The notes under the pieces are model-generated. The model saw only the letters and a program-made list of their open reading frames with translations, did no database searches and had not been told where the DNA came from. The translations under genes were made by a program, and so were the position numbers. From a bacterium (lineage in GTDB: Bacteria; Patescibacteriota; Minisyncoccia; Moranbacterales; UBA2206): a DNA stretch of 58,980 nt. How positions within the stretch are numbered: the stretch's first letter is position 1; each line of letters begins with the position of its first letter. The DNA lies in the NCBI GenBank assembly GCA_030654225.1, contig JAURXY010000027.1, positions 1 to 58,980 on the forward strand, in the 5' to 3' direction. Below are positions 1 through 7,230 of the stretch, in pieces.

Positions 1-124
1 ACACTACAAATTCGCTGGATGGATTTTTTGGAAAAATAAAAACGCTCCTGCGTGTCCATAAAGGACTAACACAAGAGCGTAGGTACAAAATTATTCAAGA
101 AATTTTGGAAAAATAGCCTCCCAA

Positions 125-331
125 TTATTTAATTAAACCAATTTTTCCGACCAGTGCCTCTATGGCATCCCTAATGGCTTTGGTCAGTTGAGCTTTGTGG
201 CCGATGAGCCACTCAAGCTGGTTAAAGTTTAATTCCTGAATAATTGCCAGTAAAATTTGAGAAATTTTACCAAACAATTCTGCCACTTGCCCCTTTGTGC
301 CCTCGCGGACTGTTCCATTTTTTTTATCCAT
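125..331 (-). CDS. hypothetical small protein (68 aa)
   Basis: ORF track. It is divergent from rpsF and has its own -35/-10 pair. No motif recognised. Confidence 0.4.
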   Translation of the reverse strand: MDKKNGTVREGTKGQVAELFGKISQILLAIIQELNFNQLEWLIGHKAQLTKAIRDAIEALVGKIGLIK

Positions 332-403
332 GGACTGTTCCTTCTAAAAAAATTGTAAAATAACTTTTTTCTAATTATCAGACCTATTTCTGACAATCAA
401 AGT

Positions 404-463
404 ATTGTATCATAAATGATAAATTCTGTCAATATTGACGGTTTATCAAATAAAATCTATACT
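404..463. promoter_or_regulatory. compact divergent sigma70-like promoter pair sharing the palindrome GTCAATATTGAC
   Basis: Plus strand: TTGACG 435-440, N17, TATACT 458-463, towards rpsF. Minus strand: TTGACA 427-432, N17, TACAAT 404-409, towards ORF 125-331. The palindrome lies at 428-439. Confidence 0.5.
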
Positions 464-473
464 AAAGTTAATC

Positions 474-546
474 AAAAAAGTCCCATAGTTTTCTCGCCCC
501 GATTTATCGGGGATAAGAAAGCTGACATCCGTCAAGGACTTTCTTT
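474..546 (+). promoter_or_regulatory. candidate structured 5' leader RNA of the rpsF operon (three-way junction)
   Basis: P1 pairs AAAAAGTCC with GGACTTTCTTT. P2 pairs CGCCCCGAT with ATCGGGG. P3 pairs TGAC with GTCA. It lies between the predicted TSS (about 470) and the rpsF ATG at 643. Confidence 0.35.
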
Positions 547-642
547 GAGCGGATTTTATTATCACTAATTAACTCTAATCTAGCACTAATCTCACGAATA
601 ATATTCGAGTCATTCGTGCTAAATTTGTGAGTATTCGCGAAA

Positions 643-1152
643 ATGCAATATGAAATTTTCTATCTAGTCGGAGCTTCAAAAGAGTCCGAGCTGGATAACA
701 TCAAAAAGGAAGTCGAAAAAACAGTGATCGACTTAGGCGGAGTTTTCTTGGAAAAAGAGACTCTAGAAAAAAGACGTTTGTCTTATATGGTGAAGAAAGA
801 AAATCACGGAATTTATATCGCCCGCAGATTTGAGCTAGAAAGTTCTGAAAACCTAAATGAAATTATCGCTAAGCTAAATCTCAACGGAAATATTCTCCGA
901 TATATTATGAGTAAAGCTGACGAACTTCCAGCTCTACAATCAAAAGAAGAAAGAATGAATGAAACTGCCAAAAAAGAATCCAACCAAAAAATGAGAGAAG
1001 CAACCAAGCCTGCTACAAAAAAAGAGGAAGCACCAAAAACTAAAGTAATTGAAGAAAAAATCTCTGAAGAATCAGCAGGCGGAGAAGCTATTTCGGAAAA
1101 ACTTAGTAGCGACGACATCGACAAAAAATTAGAAGAAATATTAAATATTTAA
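643..1152 (+). CDS. rpsF: 30S ribosomal protein S6 with a Lys/Glu-rich C-terminal tail
   Basis: N-terminal YEIFYLV...RRLSY...GIY pattern typical of S6, and the rpsF-ssb-rpsR gene order. Confidence 0.9.
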   Translation: MQYEIFYLVGASKESELDNIKKEVEKTVIDLGGVFLEKETLEKRRLSYMVKKENHGIYIARRFELESSENLNEIIAKLNLNGNILRYIMSKADELPALQSKEERMNETAKKESNQKMREATKPATKKEEAPKTKVIEEKISEESAGGEAISEKLSSDDIDKKLEEILNI

Positions 1153-1252
1153 AACCGACACGAAACCACGAAACCAATACGAATCTACGAAATTAAATTT
1201 CTTCGTTCGTAGATTCGCATATAATTCGTAGTTTCGCATCGGAATAATTATT
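1153..1252 (+). repeat. intergenic cassette copy 1 (12-bp hairpin plus ATTCGTAG/ATTCGCAT words)
   Basis: Hairpin arms CGAATCTACGAA (1180-1191) and TTCGTAGATTCG (1206-1217), followed by ...ATTCGTAGTTTCGCATCGG before the ssb ATG. About 90% identical to 1730-1835. Confidence 0.8.
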
Positions 1253-1729
1253 ATGAATGTTAATAAAGTCATGTTAGTTGGACGACTCACTAAAGACGTT
1301 GAAGTAAGAAACACTGCCACAGGGCAAACAGTTGCTTCAATCAGTATGGCTACCAACCGCTTCTGGAAAGACAAAGGCGGTCAACGCCAAGATCAAACTG
1401 AATTTCACAATGTTGTGTTGTGGGGACGCCTCGCTGAAATAGCTGGACAATACCTTTCTAAAGGACAAGAAGCTTACATCGAAGGACGACTTCAGACTAG
1501 AAAATATACCGCCAAGGATGGCACTGAAAGACGCACCACTGAAATTGTAGCCGAAAATATGCAACTTGGTTCGCGTGCTCAAGGTTCCGCCGCTCCAGCC
1601 TCTAGTTATAACAATCCTGCGCCAGCAAAACCAACTGCTCCGATCCAAGAAACTCCTGCCGAAGAAATTCCTACCATCAATTTAGACGAAGAAGAAAATG
1701 AAGTGAGAATTGAAGATGTACCCTTTTAA
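1253..1729 (+). CDS. ssb: single-stranded DNA-binding protein
   Basis: OB-fold N-terminus (NKVMLVGRLTKD...FHNVVLWGRLAE), a Pro/Ala-rich linker and an acidic tail ending DVPF. Confidence 0.95.
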   Translation: MNVNKVMLVGRLTKDVEVRNTATGQTVASISMATNRFWKDKGGQRQDQTEFHNVVLWGRLAEIAGQYLSKGQEAYIEGRLQTRKYTAKDGTERRTTEIVAENMQLGSRAQGSAAPASSYNNPAPAKPTAPIQETPAEEIPTINLDEEENEVRIEDVPF

Positions 1730-1835
1730 TAACCCGACACGAAACCACGAAACAAGAACGAATCTACGAAATTAAATTTTTTGTTCGTAGATTCGCATTA
1801 AATTCGTAGATTCGCATCGGTATAACAATAATTTT
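1730..1835 (+). repeat. intergenic cassette copy 2
   Basis: Same arms at 1759-1770 and 1784-1795, then ATTCGCATTAAATTCGTAGATTCGCATCGG before the rpsR ATG. Confidence 0.8.
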
Positions 1836-2060
1836 ATGAACAACAACGAAGTAATTGAAAAAAAGATCTGCCATTTTTGTCAGAACAAAATGGATAAAAT
1901 TGACTTTAAGGATTCCTATCTTTTACGTCGTTTTATGAATTCTCAGGGAAAAATTTATCCACCAAAGAGACACGGGACTTGTGCTCGTCATCAAAGATCT
2001 CTCGCTAATGCCATAAAAAAAGCGCGAACTATGGCTCTTGTGCCATTTGTCGCTAGATAA
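1836..2060 (+). CDS. rpsR: 30S ribosomal protein S18
   Basis: CHFC...IDFKD..LLRRF....GKI.P.R.TG.CA.HQR.L..AIK.AR motif and operon position. Confidence 0.95.
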   Translation: MNNNEVIEKKICHFCQNKMDKIDFKDSYLLRRFMNSQGKIYPPKRHGTCARHQRSLANAIKKARTMALVPFVAR

Positions 2061-2064
2061 ATTC

Positions 2065-2622
2065 ATGTTAAATATAAACGAAATAAAAACCGGAACAAAT
2101 ATCATTCAGGGCGGTACTCCATATGTTGTGCTCTATCACGAGCATTCCAAGACTGGCCGAGCTGGTTCAGTTCTTCGCACTCGTCTCAAGAATTTAGCCA
2201 ATGGAACTGTTTTGGAAAAAACTTTTCAAGGTTCAGAAGCAGTCGAAGAAGCTGATGTTTCCAAAAGTAAGGCACAATATACCTACAAGGAAAGTGACAG
2301 CTATAATTTCATGGACAATGAGTCATATGAACAATTCACTCTTTCTAAGGAGGCGCTAGGAGACAATATCAACTATCTCAAAGAAGGCACAGAAGTTTCT
2401 ATTTTGAATTTCAACGGCAATCCAATCAATATCGAATTGCCCATCAAAATAACTTTGCGCGTGATTGAAGCGCCACCAGGAGTGAAAGGCAACACCGTTT
2501 CCACTGGCGGAAAAATGGTGACACTTGAAACCGGCATCAAAGTTTCTACTCCGCTTTTTGTGAAGGAAGGTGATGAAGTCATCATCAACACAGAAAAGGG
2601 TGAGTATGTTTCTAGAGCCTAA
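2065..2622 (+). CDS. efp: elongation factor P
   Basis: MLNINEIKTG...YVVLYHEHSKTGRAGSVLRTRLKNL is a full-length EF-P pattern. I start it at the ATG at 2065, just after the rpsR stop, rather than at the track start 2038. Confidence 0.93.
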   Translation: MLNINEIKTGTNIIQGGTPYVVLYHEHSKTGRAGSVLRTRLKNLANGTVLEKTFQGSEAVEEADVSKSKAQYTYKESDSYNFMDNESYEQFTLSKEALGDNINYLKEGTEVSILNFNGNPINIELPIKITLRVIEAPPGVKGNTVSTGGKMVTLETGIKVSTPLFVKEGDEVIINTEKGEYVSRA

Positions 2623-2648
2623 ATATAAAATTTATTTTCTTCAAAAAA

Positions 2649-2675
2649 ACCAGAATTAATTTCTGGTTTTTTTAT
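2649..2675. terminator. bidirectional rho-independent terminator
   Basis: Stem ACCAGAA/TTCTGGT flanked by an A-run and a T-run. Confidence 0.7.
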
Positions 2676-2712
2676 TTTTAAGTATGCTTTATTTATTTTC
2701 GTCAATCATTCT

Positions 2713-3258
2713 CTAGTCTTCATTTTTTTCATGCATCACTTTGCCTTTTTCAATCTCCTGAAAAAGCAAAGGCTTATTTTTATTAATTTTTATCATCTCG
2801 CTTGGACTTTTTACAATAATTTGCGCTCTTTCTGCAAATTCTGAATTGTTTATCATTTTTCTAACTCCATTGATATTATTAGTTAAAACAAATAAATCGA
2901 TATCGCTATCTTTTTTGTTCGTTCCATTGGCAAATGATCCAAATAAAATGATTTCTATACTATCATTTTTTAATTTGTTTATTAATGGTTCTAATTTTGA
3001 AACATTTAATAATACTTTTATCTCGCGAATTAGATTATTTTTACTATCAGCTTGATACAAAGAAGTTCGCCCGATTTTTTTGCACTTTATAATTTTATTT
3101 TCTGACAATTTTCGCAAAGCCAAATTAACTGCCGATTTCTTAACACCTGTTTTTTTCACTATTTCTTTTTCTTGAAATTCTTTTCCGGCATTTTCCACCA
3201 AAAAAACCAGCGCCTTTTGTTGAGAGGTTATAAAAATAATCTTTTCAATTATACTCAT
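2713..3258 (-). CDS. winged-HTH plus minimal nucleotidyltransferase domain protein
   Basis: N-terminal wHTH-like segment. The central GSFANG...SDIDLFV is the GS-X-DxD signature of polbeta-type NTases. Confidence 0.7.
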   Translation of the reverse strand: MSIIEKIIFITSQQKALVFLVENAGKEFQEKEIVKKTGVKKSAVNLALRKLSENKIIKCKKIGRTSLYQADSKNNLIREIKVLLNVSKLEPLINKLKNDSIEIILFGSFANGTNKKDSDIDLFVLTNNINGVRKMINNSEFAERAQIIVKSPSEMIKINKNKPLLFQEIEKGKVMHEKNED

Positions 3259-3323
3259 ATTTTTATTCCATTATTTTGGATATATTTCCATTATACTGGA
3301 ATATCACTTATTTGTCAACTACT

Positions 3324-3400
3324 CTACTCTGACCTTTCCGCTCCTCTCCACGCCAACTCAAAAATCGCCTTTTGGGAACGGGCGATTTTGAGGGCTTTAA
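3324..3400 (-). pseudogene. remnant of the 3' end of a fourth TrmB-family gene
   Basis: The minus frame reads ...KIARSQKAIFELAWRGAERSE*, against the C-terminus ITRSQKAIFELAWRGAGD of the 8186-8938 protein. 3338-3388 matches 8209-8259 at 48 of 51 nt. There is no upstream ORF or start codon. Confidence 0.65.
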
Positions 3401-3496
3401 TTTTCCTTTTTTTGGAGCAAGCTTTGATTTTTTTTGCTAGCCTTACAAAAGTTCATTGAAAAAAGAAAGAACTTGGATTAAATTTTTTGGGATTTT

Positions 3497-4291
3497 TTAA
3501 TCAGAAAATAATTGATCTATTGAAACGGGTTTTCCTTGAGTATAAAGCAAATGAAAAAAAGTGCTTAATGACTGATAGATATTTTTGTTTTTTATCATTA
3601 CGATAAAATTTTCTTGCGGAACTAAAATAAAAGAAAGGTCCGGATATAGCAAATAAAGATTGATAGAAAAAGGAAATTGCTGATTATCAATGACGCGAAC
3701 AGTGGCTGGTCTTTGCATGGCAATTTCTTTTGTTTTTTTGGGAATATTATTAAAAATTTCCAGCATTTTTTCAGTAATGATGCCTTGTGTTATAACACCT
3801 TTTTCCAAAAATTTTTTCTGCCAGCGATGATTGAAATCATTCCCAAGTTTTTCCAAGGAATCTGCCAAGGCCTCTTCGCTTTCGATTAAAAATGCCGGGG
3901 TTTTATATTTCATAACGAGCATTGTTTCATAAAGTTTGCGTAAACCTTCAGCCGTATCAAAATATTCAACAGAAGATCTCTTGTTTTTTATATCTAACAT
4001 TTTTTCTAAGCTTGGTACCATCGTTCCAAAACTATCTATTTTTCTTTGCCATTCTTCCTGAATGACTGAAGGATTGATGGCAGAAAAATATTCTACTGTA
4101 TCTTTTTTTGCTTTTTTCAAATAACCCTTATTTAGCAAATTTTTGACATAAATATAGATTGATGTTCGCGGGATATCCACCTCTTTCGCTAATTCGGAAA
4201 TTTTTGATTTTCCCAGTTTCAAGCAAGCTAGATATATTTCCGCTTCTTGATTTTTGAGTCCTAGTTTTCTTAGTGATTCTTGATATTTCAT
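3497..4291 (-). CDS. TrmB-family HTH transcriptional regulator (module 1)
   Basis: LGL...EAEIYLACLKLG...ISELAKEVDIPRTSIYIYVKNLLNKGYL is the TrmB-type wHTH. Paralogous to 5875-6603 and 8186-8938. Confidence 0.8.
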   Translation of the reverse strand: MKYQESLRKLGLKNQEAEIYLACLKLGKSKISELAKEVDIPRTSIYIYVKNLLNKGYLKKAKKDTVEYFSAINPSVIQEEWQRKIDSFGTMVPSLEKMLDIKNKRSSVEYFDTAEGLRKLYETMLVMKYKTPAFLIESEEALADSLEKLGNDFNHRWQKKFLEKGVITQGIITEKMLEIFNNIPKKTKEIAMQRPATVRVIDNQQFPFSINLYLLYPDLSFILVPQENFIVMIKNKNIYQSLSTFFHLLYTQGKPVSIDQLFSD

Positions 4292-4297
4292 AAAAGC

Positions 4298-4328
4298 ATT
4301 TTATACTTTGTTGACTTTTTTGTCAACA
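4298..4328 (-). promoter_or_regulatory. promoter with palindromic operator of the module-1 TrmB gene (probably leaderless)
   Basis: TTGACA 4321-4326, N17, TAAAAT 4298-4303, then only 6 nt to the ATG at 4291. The palindrome TGTTGAC-T6-GTCAACA (4309-4328) overlaps the -35. Confidence 0.5.
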
Positions 4329-4460
4329 TAACAGCACGGTTAATTGCTTTATAATAGGCATAATTAATAAAAATTATATTTCTCGTTTTATTTTAAAACA
4401 AAAAACTTTTAAAATGCAATAGTTGATGTAGTTGTTTAACAATCAAAGAGGAGGTGTGAT

Positions 4461-4616
4461 ATGGCATTGGGAATTGAGGGAAGCGCCGGAAAATTAAAAT
4501 TGGTAGCGGTGGAAGAAAAAAAAGACGGGAAAAACAAAAATGAAACACCGTCAAAGATTAACAATAATGATGACAAGCGCTCAAAAAATAAAGGCGCTCA
4601 AGAAAGGGAGGTGTGA
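4461..4616 (+). CDS. 51-aa Lys-rich small ORF sharing RBS and N-terminus with the downstream radical SAM gene (candidate precursor or leader peptide)
   Basis: AGAGGAGGTGTGAT precedes the ATG. Product: MALGIEGSAGKLKLVAVEEKKDGKNKNETPSKINNNDDKRSKNKGAQEREV. The TGA stop lies 1 nt before the next ATG. It is below the ORF-track size cutoff. Confidence 0.5.
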   Translation: MALGIEGSAGKLKLVAVEEKKDGKNKNETPSKINNNDDKRSKNKGAQEREV

Positions 4617-4617
4617 T

Positions 4618-5598
4618 ATGGCAGTAGGATTTGAAGGAAGTGCGGGATCACTGATTCCGCGAATTAAAAGCATTTCTCTGTTCATTAACAATATGTGCAA
4701 CTTGCGTTGCCCGTATTGTTATGTTTCGGCTTTAAACAAAGAAGTACCTGTCGAAATCAAAGTAGATGATATTATAAAATTCATTAATGTGGTTCACGAA
4801 AAATGTGAATTGGAGAGTGTTGTCATTGTCGGTCGAGAGCCTCTTTTATCTCCCAAAGTGATGCTCGAGGTTCTTCAGGAGATACAAAAAATGGGTATTC
4901 CCAAAGTTGGCATTATAACCAATGGGACACTCATTACGAAAAAAATTGCCAAAAAATTGGCAGGGCTGGTTTCTTTTGTGGATGTTTCGTTTGACGGGCT
5001 TAAAGAAGCCCACGAAAAAACAAGAGGAAGAGGTAGTTTTGCCAAAACAGTAGCTGGCACTAAGCGTCTTCTTGATGCAGGTATAGATGTTTTTGTCCTG
5101 CATAAAGTGGACAGTGCATCTGCACCGCAACTGAACGAGTTTGCGGAATTTATGTGGAATATGGGAGTTAAAAATATCCACATATTCACATTGTATCCAA
5201 GAGACATTAAAGCCGATGTCTTTATGGATGCAATCAAAGAACTTGTGGATAGTCCGCCATCGGAAATGCTTATTTCTATTAAGGGAGATTATTTCGACAA
5301 AGAGATCCTTTCAGCACTTTCTGATTACATTTGCAATGAAAAAATGGTAGAGAGTGTAGAAGGAATATCTTTTATTGAGAAAAGCATCAAACACAACAGC
5401 ATTCTACGAGTGATGCTGGAAAATGAACCGGCGGAATTTCGCAGAGGTCTGAGAATAGACTGCTTCGGCCGGCTTGTTTTCTGTGCTGATCAAGCGCGAA
5501 GCTTAAAGCGTCCGGTGGGAAATATCTCTGAAAGTTTGGAGGAGATATTTTCACGAACATCTCTGATTCATAAAATCATAGACGACTATGTAATATAA
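4618..5598 (+). CDS. radical SAM protein (about 326 aa, short C-terminal CX6C, no full SPASM signature seen)
   Basis: CNLRCPYC (CX3CX2C) at residue 27, plus VGREPLL and GIITNGTL motifs. Start chosen at 4618 (GGGAGGTGTGAT before the ATG) rather than the track start 4540. Confidence 0.85.
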   Translation: MAVGFEGSAGSLIPRIKSISLFINNMCNLRCPYCYVSALNKEVPVEIKVDDIIKFINVVHEKCELESVVIVGREPLLSPKVMLEVLQEIQKMGIPKVGIITNGTLITKKIAKKLAGLVSFVDVSFDGLKEAHEKTRGRGSFAKTVAGTKRLLDAGIDVFVLHKVDSASAPQLNEFAEFMWNMGVKNIHIFTLYPRDIKADVFMDAIKELVDSPPSEMLISIKGDYFDKEILSALSDYICNEKMVESVEGISFIEKSIKHNSILRVMLENEPAEFRRGLRIDCFGRLVFCADQARSLKRPVGNISESLEEIFSRTSLIHKIIDDYVI

Positions 5599-5669
5599 TC
5601 AAACGGTCCCAATTGTAAAGAGCAAAGTTAGATTTTTAAATGACTAAATGCGCGGTCACATGAGGAAAA

Positions 5670-5708
5670 AGGCAGGCGTCGAGAACTTCGACCCTGCCTA
5701 TTTTTTTT
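5670..5708 (+). terminator. rho-independent terminator
   Basis: Stem AGGCAGG...CCTGCCT followed by T8. Confidence 0.75.
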
Positions 5709-5874
5709 GATTCAAAAATTTTACCGCATTCAATATTTATTTTTTGTTAACCCTTTTCAAAATTTCATGCACTCATCAAAGCATCTTACTTTTTTGTATT
5801 TATCTTCAAAGAAACTCTGAATGAACAAAATATTTTTTCTAAATTTTTTCCAAAAGTTATGACTCGAGAATAAT

Positions 5875-6603
5875 CTATTTCGAAGTTTTCCACAAATATT
5901 CAAAAATATTTTTCATTGCTTCGGCGATTTTTTGGTTTTTAATAATAACGCCAGAGGGATTTTTTTTGTCGAAAGCGACAACTGCCAATTTGTCATCGTA
6001 AACATTAATTTCGATTTCAAGATCTTGAAAAAGTTTGATAAATTTCATCTCACGAAGCATTTCTTTGGCATTTTTCAAATGCTTTCTGCCTTCAATACTT
6101 TCCGGGATCAGATTTTTTACCCTCACTCCATGCGCCACTCTTTTAGGCAAATAATCATTCAAAAAGAAATCTTCCATATCATTTTGTGCGCTTTTGAAAT
6201 CCGTGATGGCATAAATCATTTTATTGGTATTTTCCCGCCAAGTATCAGCATAAAGATTTTTCACGCCTTCCATTCCTTCGAAATAGCTTACTTTTGATAG
6301 CAAGGATTTATTCTGATTTTGATTTTTTGCTGATCTAATAAGTTTTTGGTTTTCCAGTTTGAAATAATCATTTCTTTTTGCGATCCAAGTTTCCAAATCT
6401 TTCTCGCTTATCGCTTTGAAAACATCCTTATTGCCAACGCTAATTTTGGAAACCAAGCCTTTTTCCAAAAGTCTTTCCAAGACGGGATAAACAGTGGTCC
6501 TGTTTATCATATTTTCTTTCGCCAATTCACAAACCGAGACCTCTCCCAATTTATACAGACTAGCCAAAACATCCCTTTCTTTTTCGCTTAAAATATAATT
6601 CAT
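5875..6603 (-). CDS. TrmB-family HTH transcriptional regulator (module 2)
   Basis: LSEKERDVLASLYKLGEVSVCELAKENMINRTTVYPVLERLLEKGLV wHTH, with the same C-terminal architecture as its paralogs. Confidence 0.8.
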   Translation of the reverse strand: MNYILSEKERDVLASLYKLGEVSVCELAKENMINRTTVYPVLERLLEKGLVSKISVGNKDVFKAISEKDLETWIAKRNDYFKLENQKLIRSAKNQNQNKSLLSKVSYFEGMEGVKNLYADTWRENTNKMIYAITDFKSAQNDMEDFFLNDYLPKRVAHGVRVKNLIPESIEGRKHLKNAKEMLREMKFIKLFQDLEIEINVYDDKLAVVAFDKKNPSGVIIKNQKIAEAMKNIFEYLWKTSK

Positions 6604-6623
6604 AAAGTTTTCATTACGTCTTA

Positions 6624-6684
6624 ATAATACGCCTTGTTGTCAATCGTGTCAACACTTTGACAAATATTTTTATTATGATATTAT
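6624..6684. promoter_or_regulatory. back-to-back divergent promoters with three GTCAA/TTGAC half-sites
   Basis: Minus strand: TTGACA 6647-6652, N17, TATTAT 6624-6629. Plus strand: TTGACA 6657-6662, N16, TATTAT 6679-6684. An extra TGTCAA lies at 6638-6643. Confidence 0.5.
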
Positions 6685-6753
6685 TTTCTATCCTGCTATT
6701 AGAGCAGTGTGTTATTTAAAAACTTAATAAAACAACAATATAGGAGGTGTAAA

Positions 6754-6906
6754 ATGCTTACCCCAGAAGAATTAGCAATAATAATAAAATTTATTTCAGA
6801 AAAACTAAATAAGCCACTGAAAGAGGTGGCGGAGGAAGTCTTGGAAGCGCAACGGGAAATGACAGAAGAATCTCTTAAAGAGGAGTTAAAGAAGTTTAAA
6901 AATTAA
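6754..6906 (+). CDS. 50-aa acidic helical small protein
   Basis: TAGGAGGTGTAAA precedes the ATG at 6754. The track start 6709 lacks an RBS. Confidence 0.45.
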   Translation: MLTPEELAIIIKFISEKLNKPLKEVAEEVLEAQREMTEESLKEELKKFKN

Positions 6907-6937
6907 GGTTTAATTAAATAATTGGGAGGGGATAAAA

Positions 6938-7195
6938 ATGAAAAGAAGAAAGGTTCATAGCTACTTTATAGCAATCAAAGAAATCAAAGAACATCCGAAT
7001 TTTAAAAAAATATTAGAAAGTTTGGAAACTGAGGGATTTGAGTTGGAAGAAGTAGAGATTACGAAAGAAAAACTTGGTGATTTTAATTTTTTGAAAAAAT
7101 ACATGAGACAAATAAACTTTCTCGAAGCAGGAAGAAAATTTAAAGAAAGTGGTTTCGAAAATGGATATTCCTACTTCTTAATATTCGAAATCTAA
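6938..7195 (+). CDS. hypothetical protein (85 aa)
   Basis: GGGAGGGGATAAAA precedes the ATG. No motif recognised. Confidence 0.5.
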   Translation: MKRRKVHSYFIAIKEIKEHPNFKKILESLETEGFELEEVEITKEKLGDFNFLKKYMRQINFLEAGRKFKESGFENGYSYFLIFEI

Positions 7196-7230
7196 ACAGT
7201 TAAAATTTTTCAAAAAAAAGGAGAAAAGAC

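Noticed and set aside
1180-1217. CGAAT/ATTCG inverted words upstream of ssb and recA as LexA (Cheo-box-like) SOS operators
   Set aside because: The same words also precede rpsR, rpmB, tig, a protease gene and pilin-like genes. The arms are 14 nt or more apart, so they do not form a compact CGAAC-N4-GTTCG box.
2038-2064. Long start of efp overlapping rpsR
   Set aside because: EF-P homology begins at MLNINEIKTG (2065). The extra nine residues overlap the S18 C-terminus.
3172-3459. Plus-strand 95-aa ORF across the NTase start and the TrmB relic
   Set aside because: It overlaps the start of the NTase gene and has no RBS. The region is better explained by the minus-strand gene relic.
4540-4617. 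ORF-track start of the radical SAM gene at 4540 (MKHRQRLTIMMTSAQKIKALKKGRCD...)
   Set aside because: There is no RBS before 4540, and it lies inside the small ORF in another frame. The ATG at 4618 has GGGAGGTGTGAT in front and duplicates the initiation region of the small ORF.
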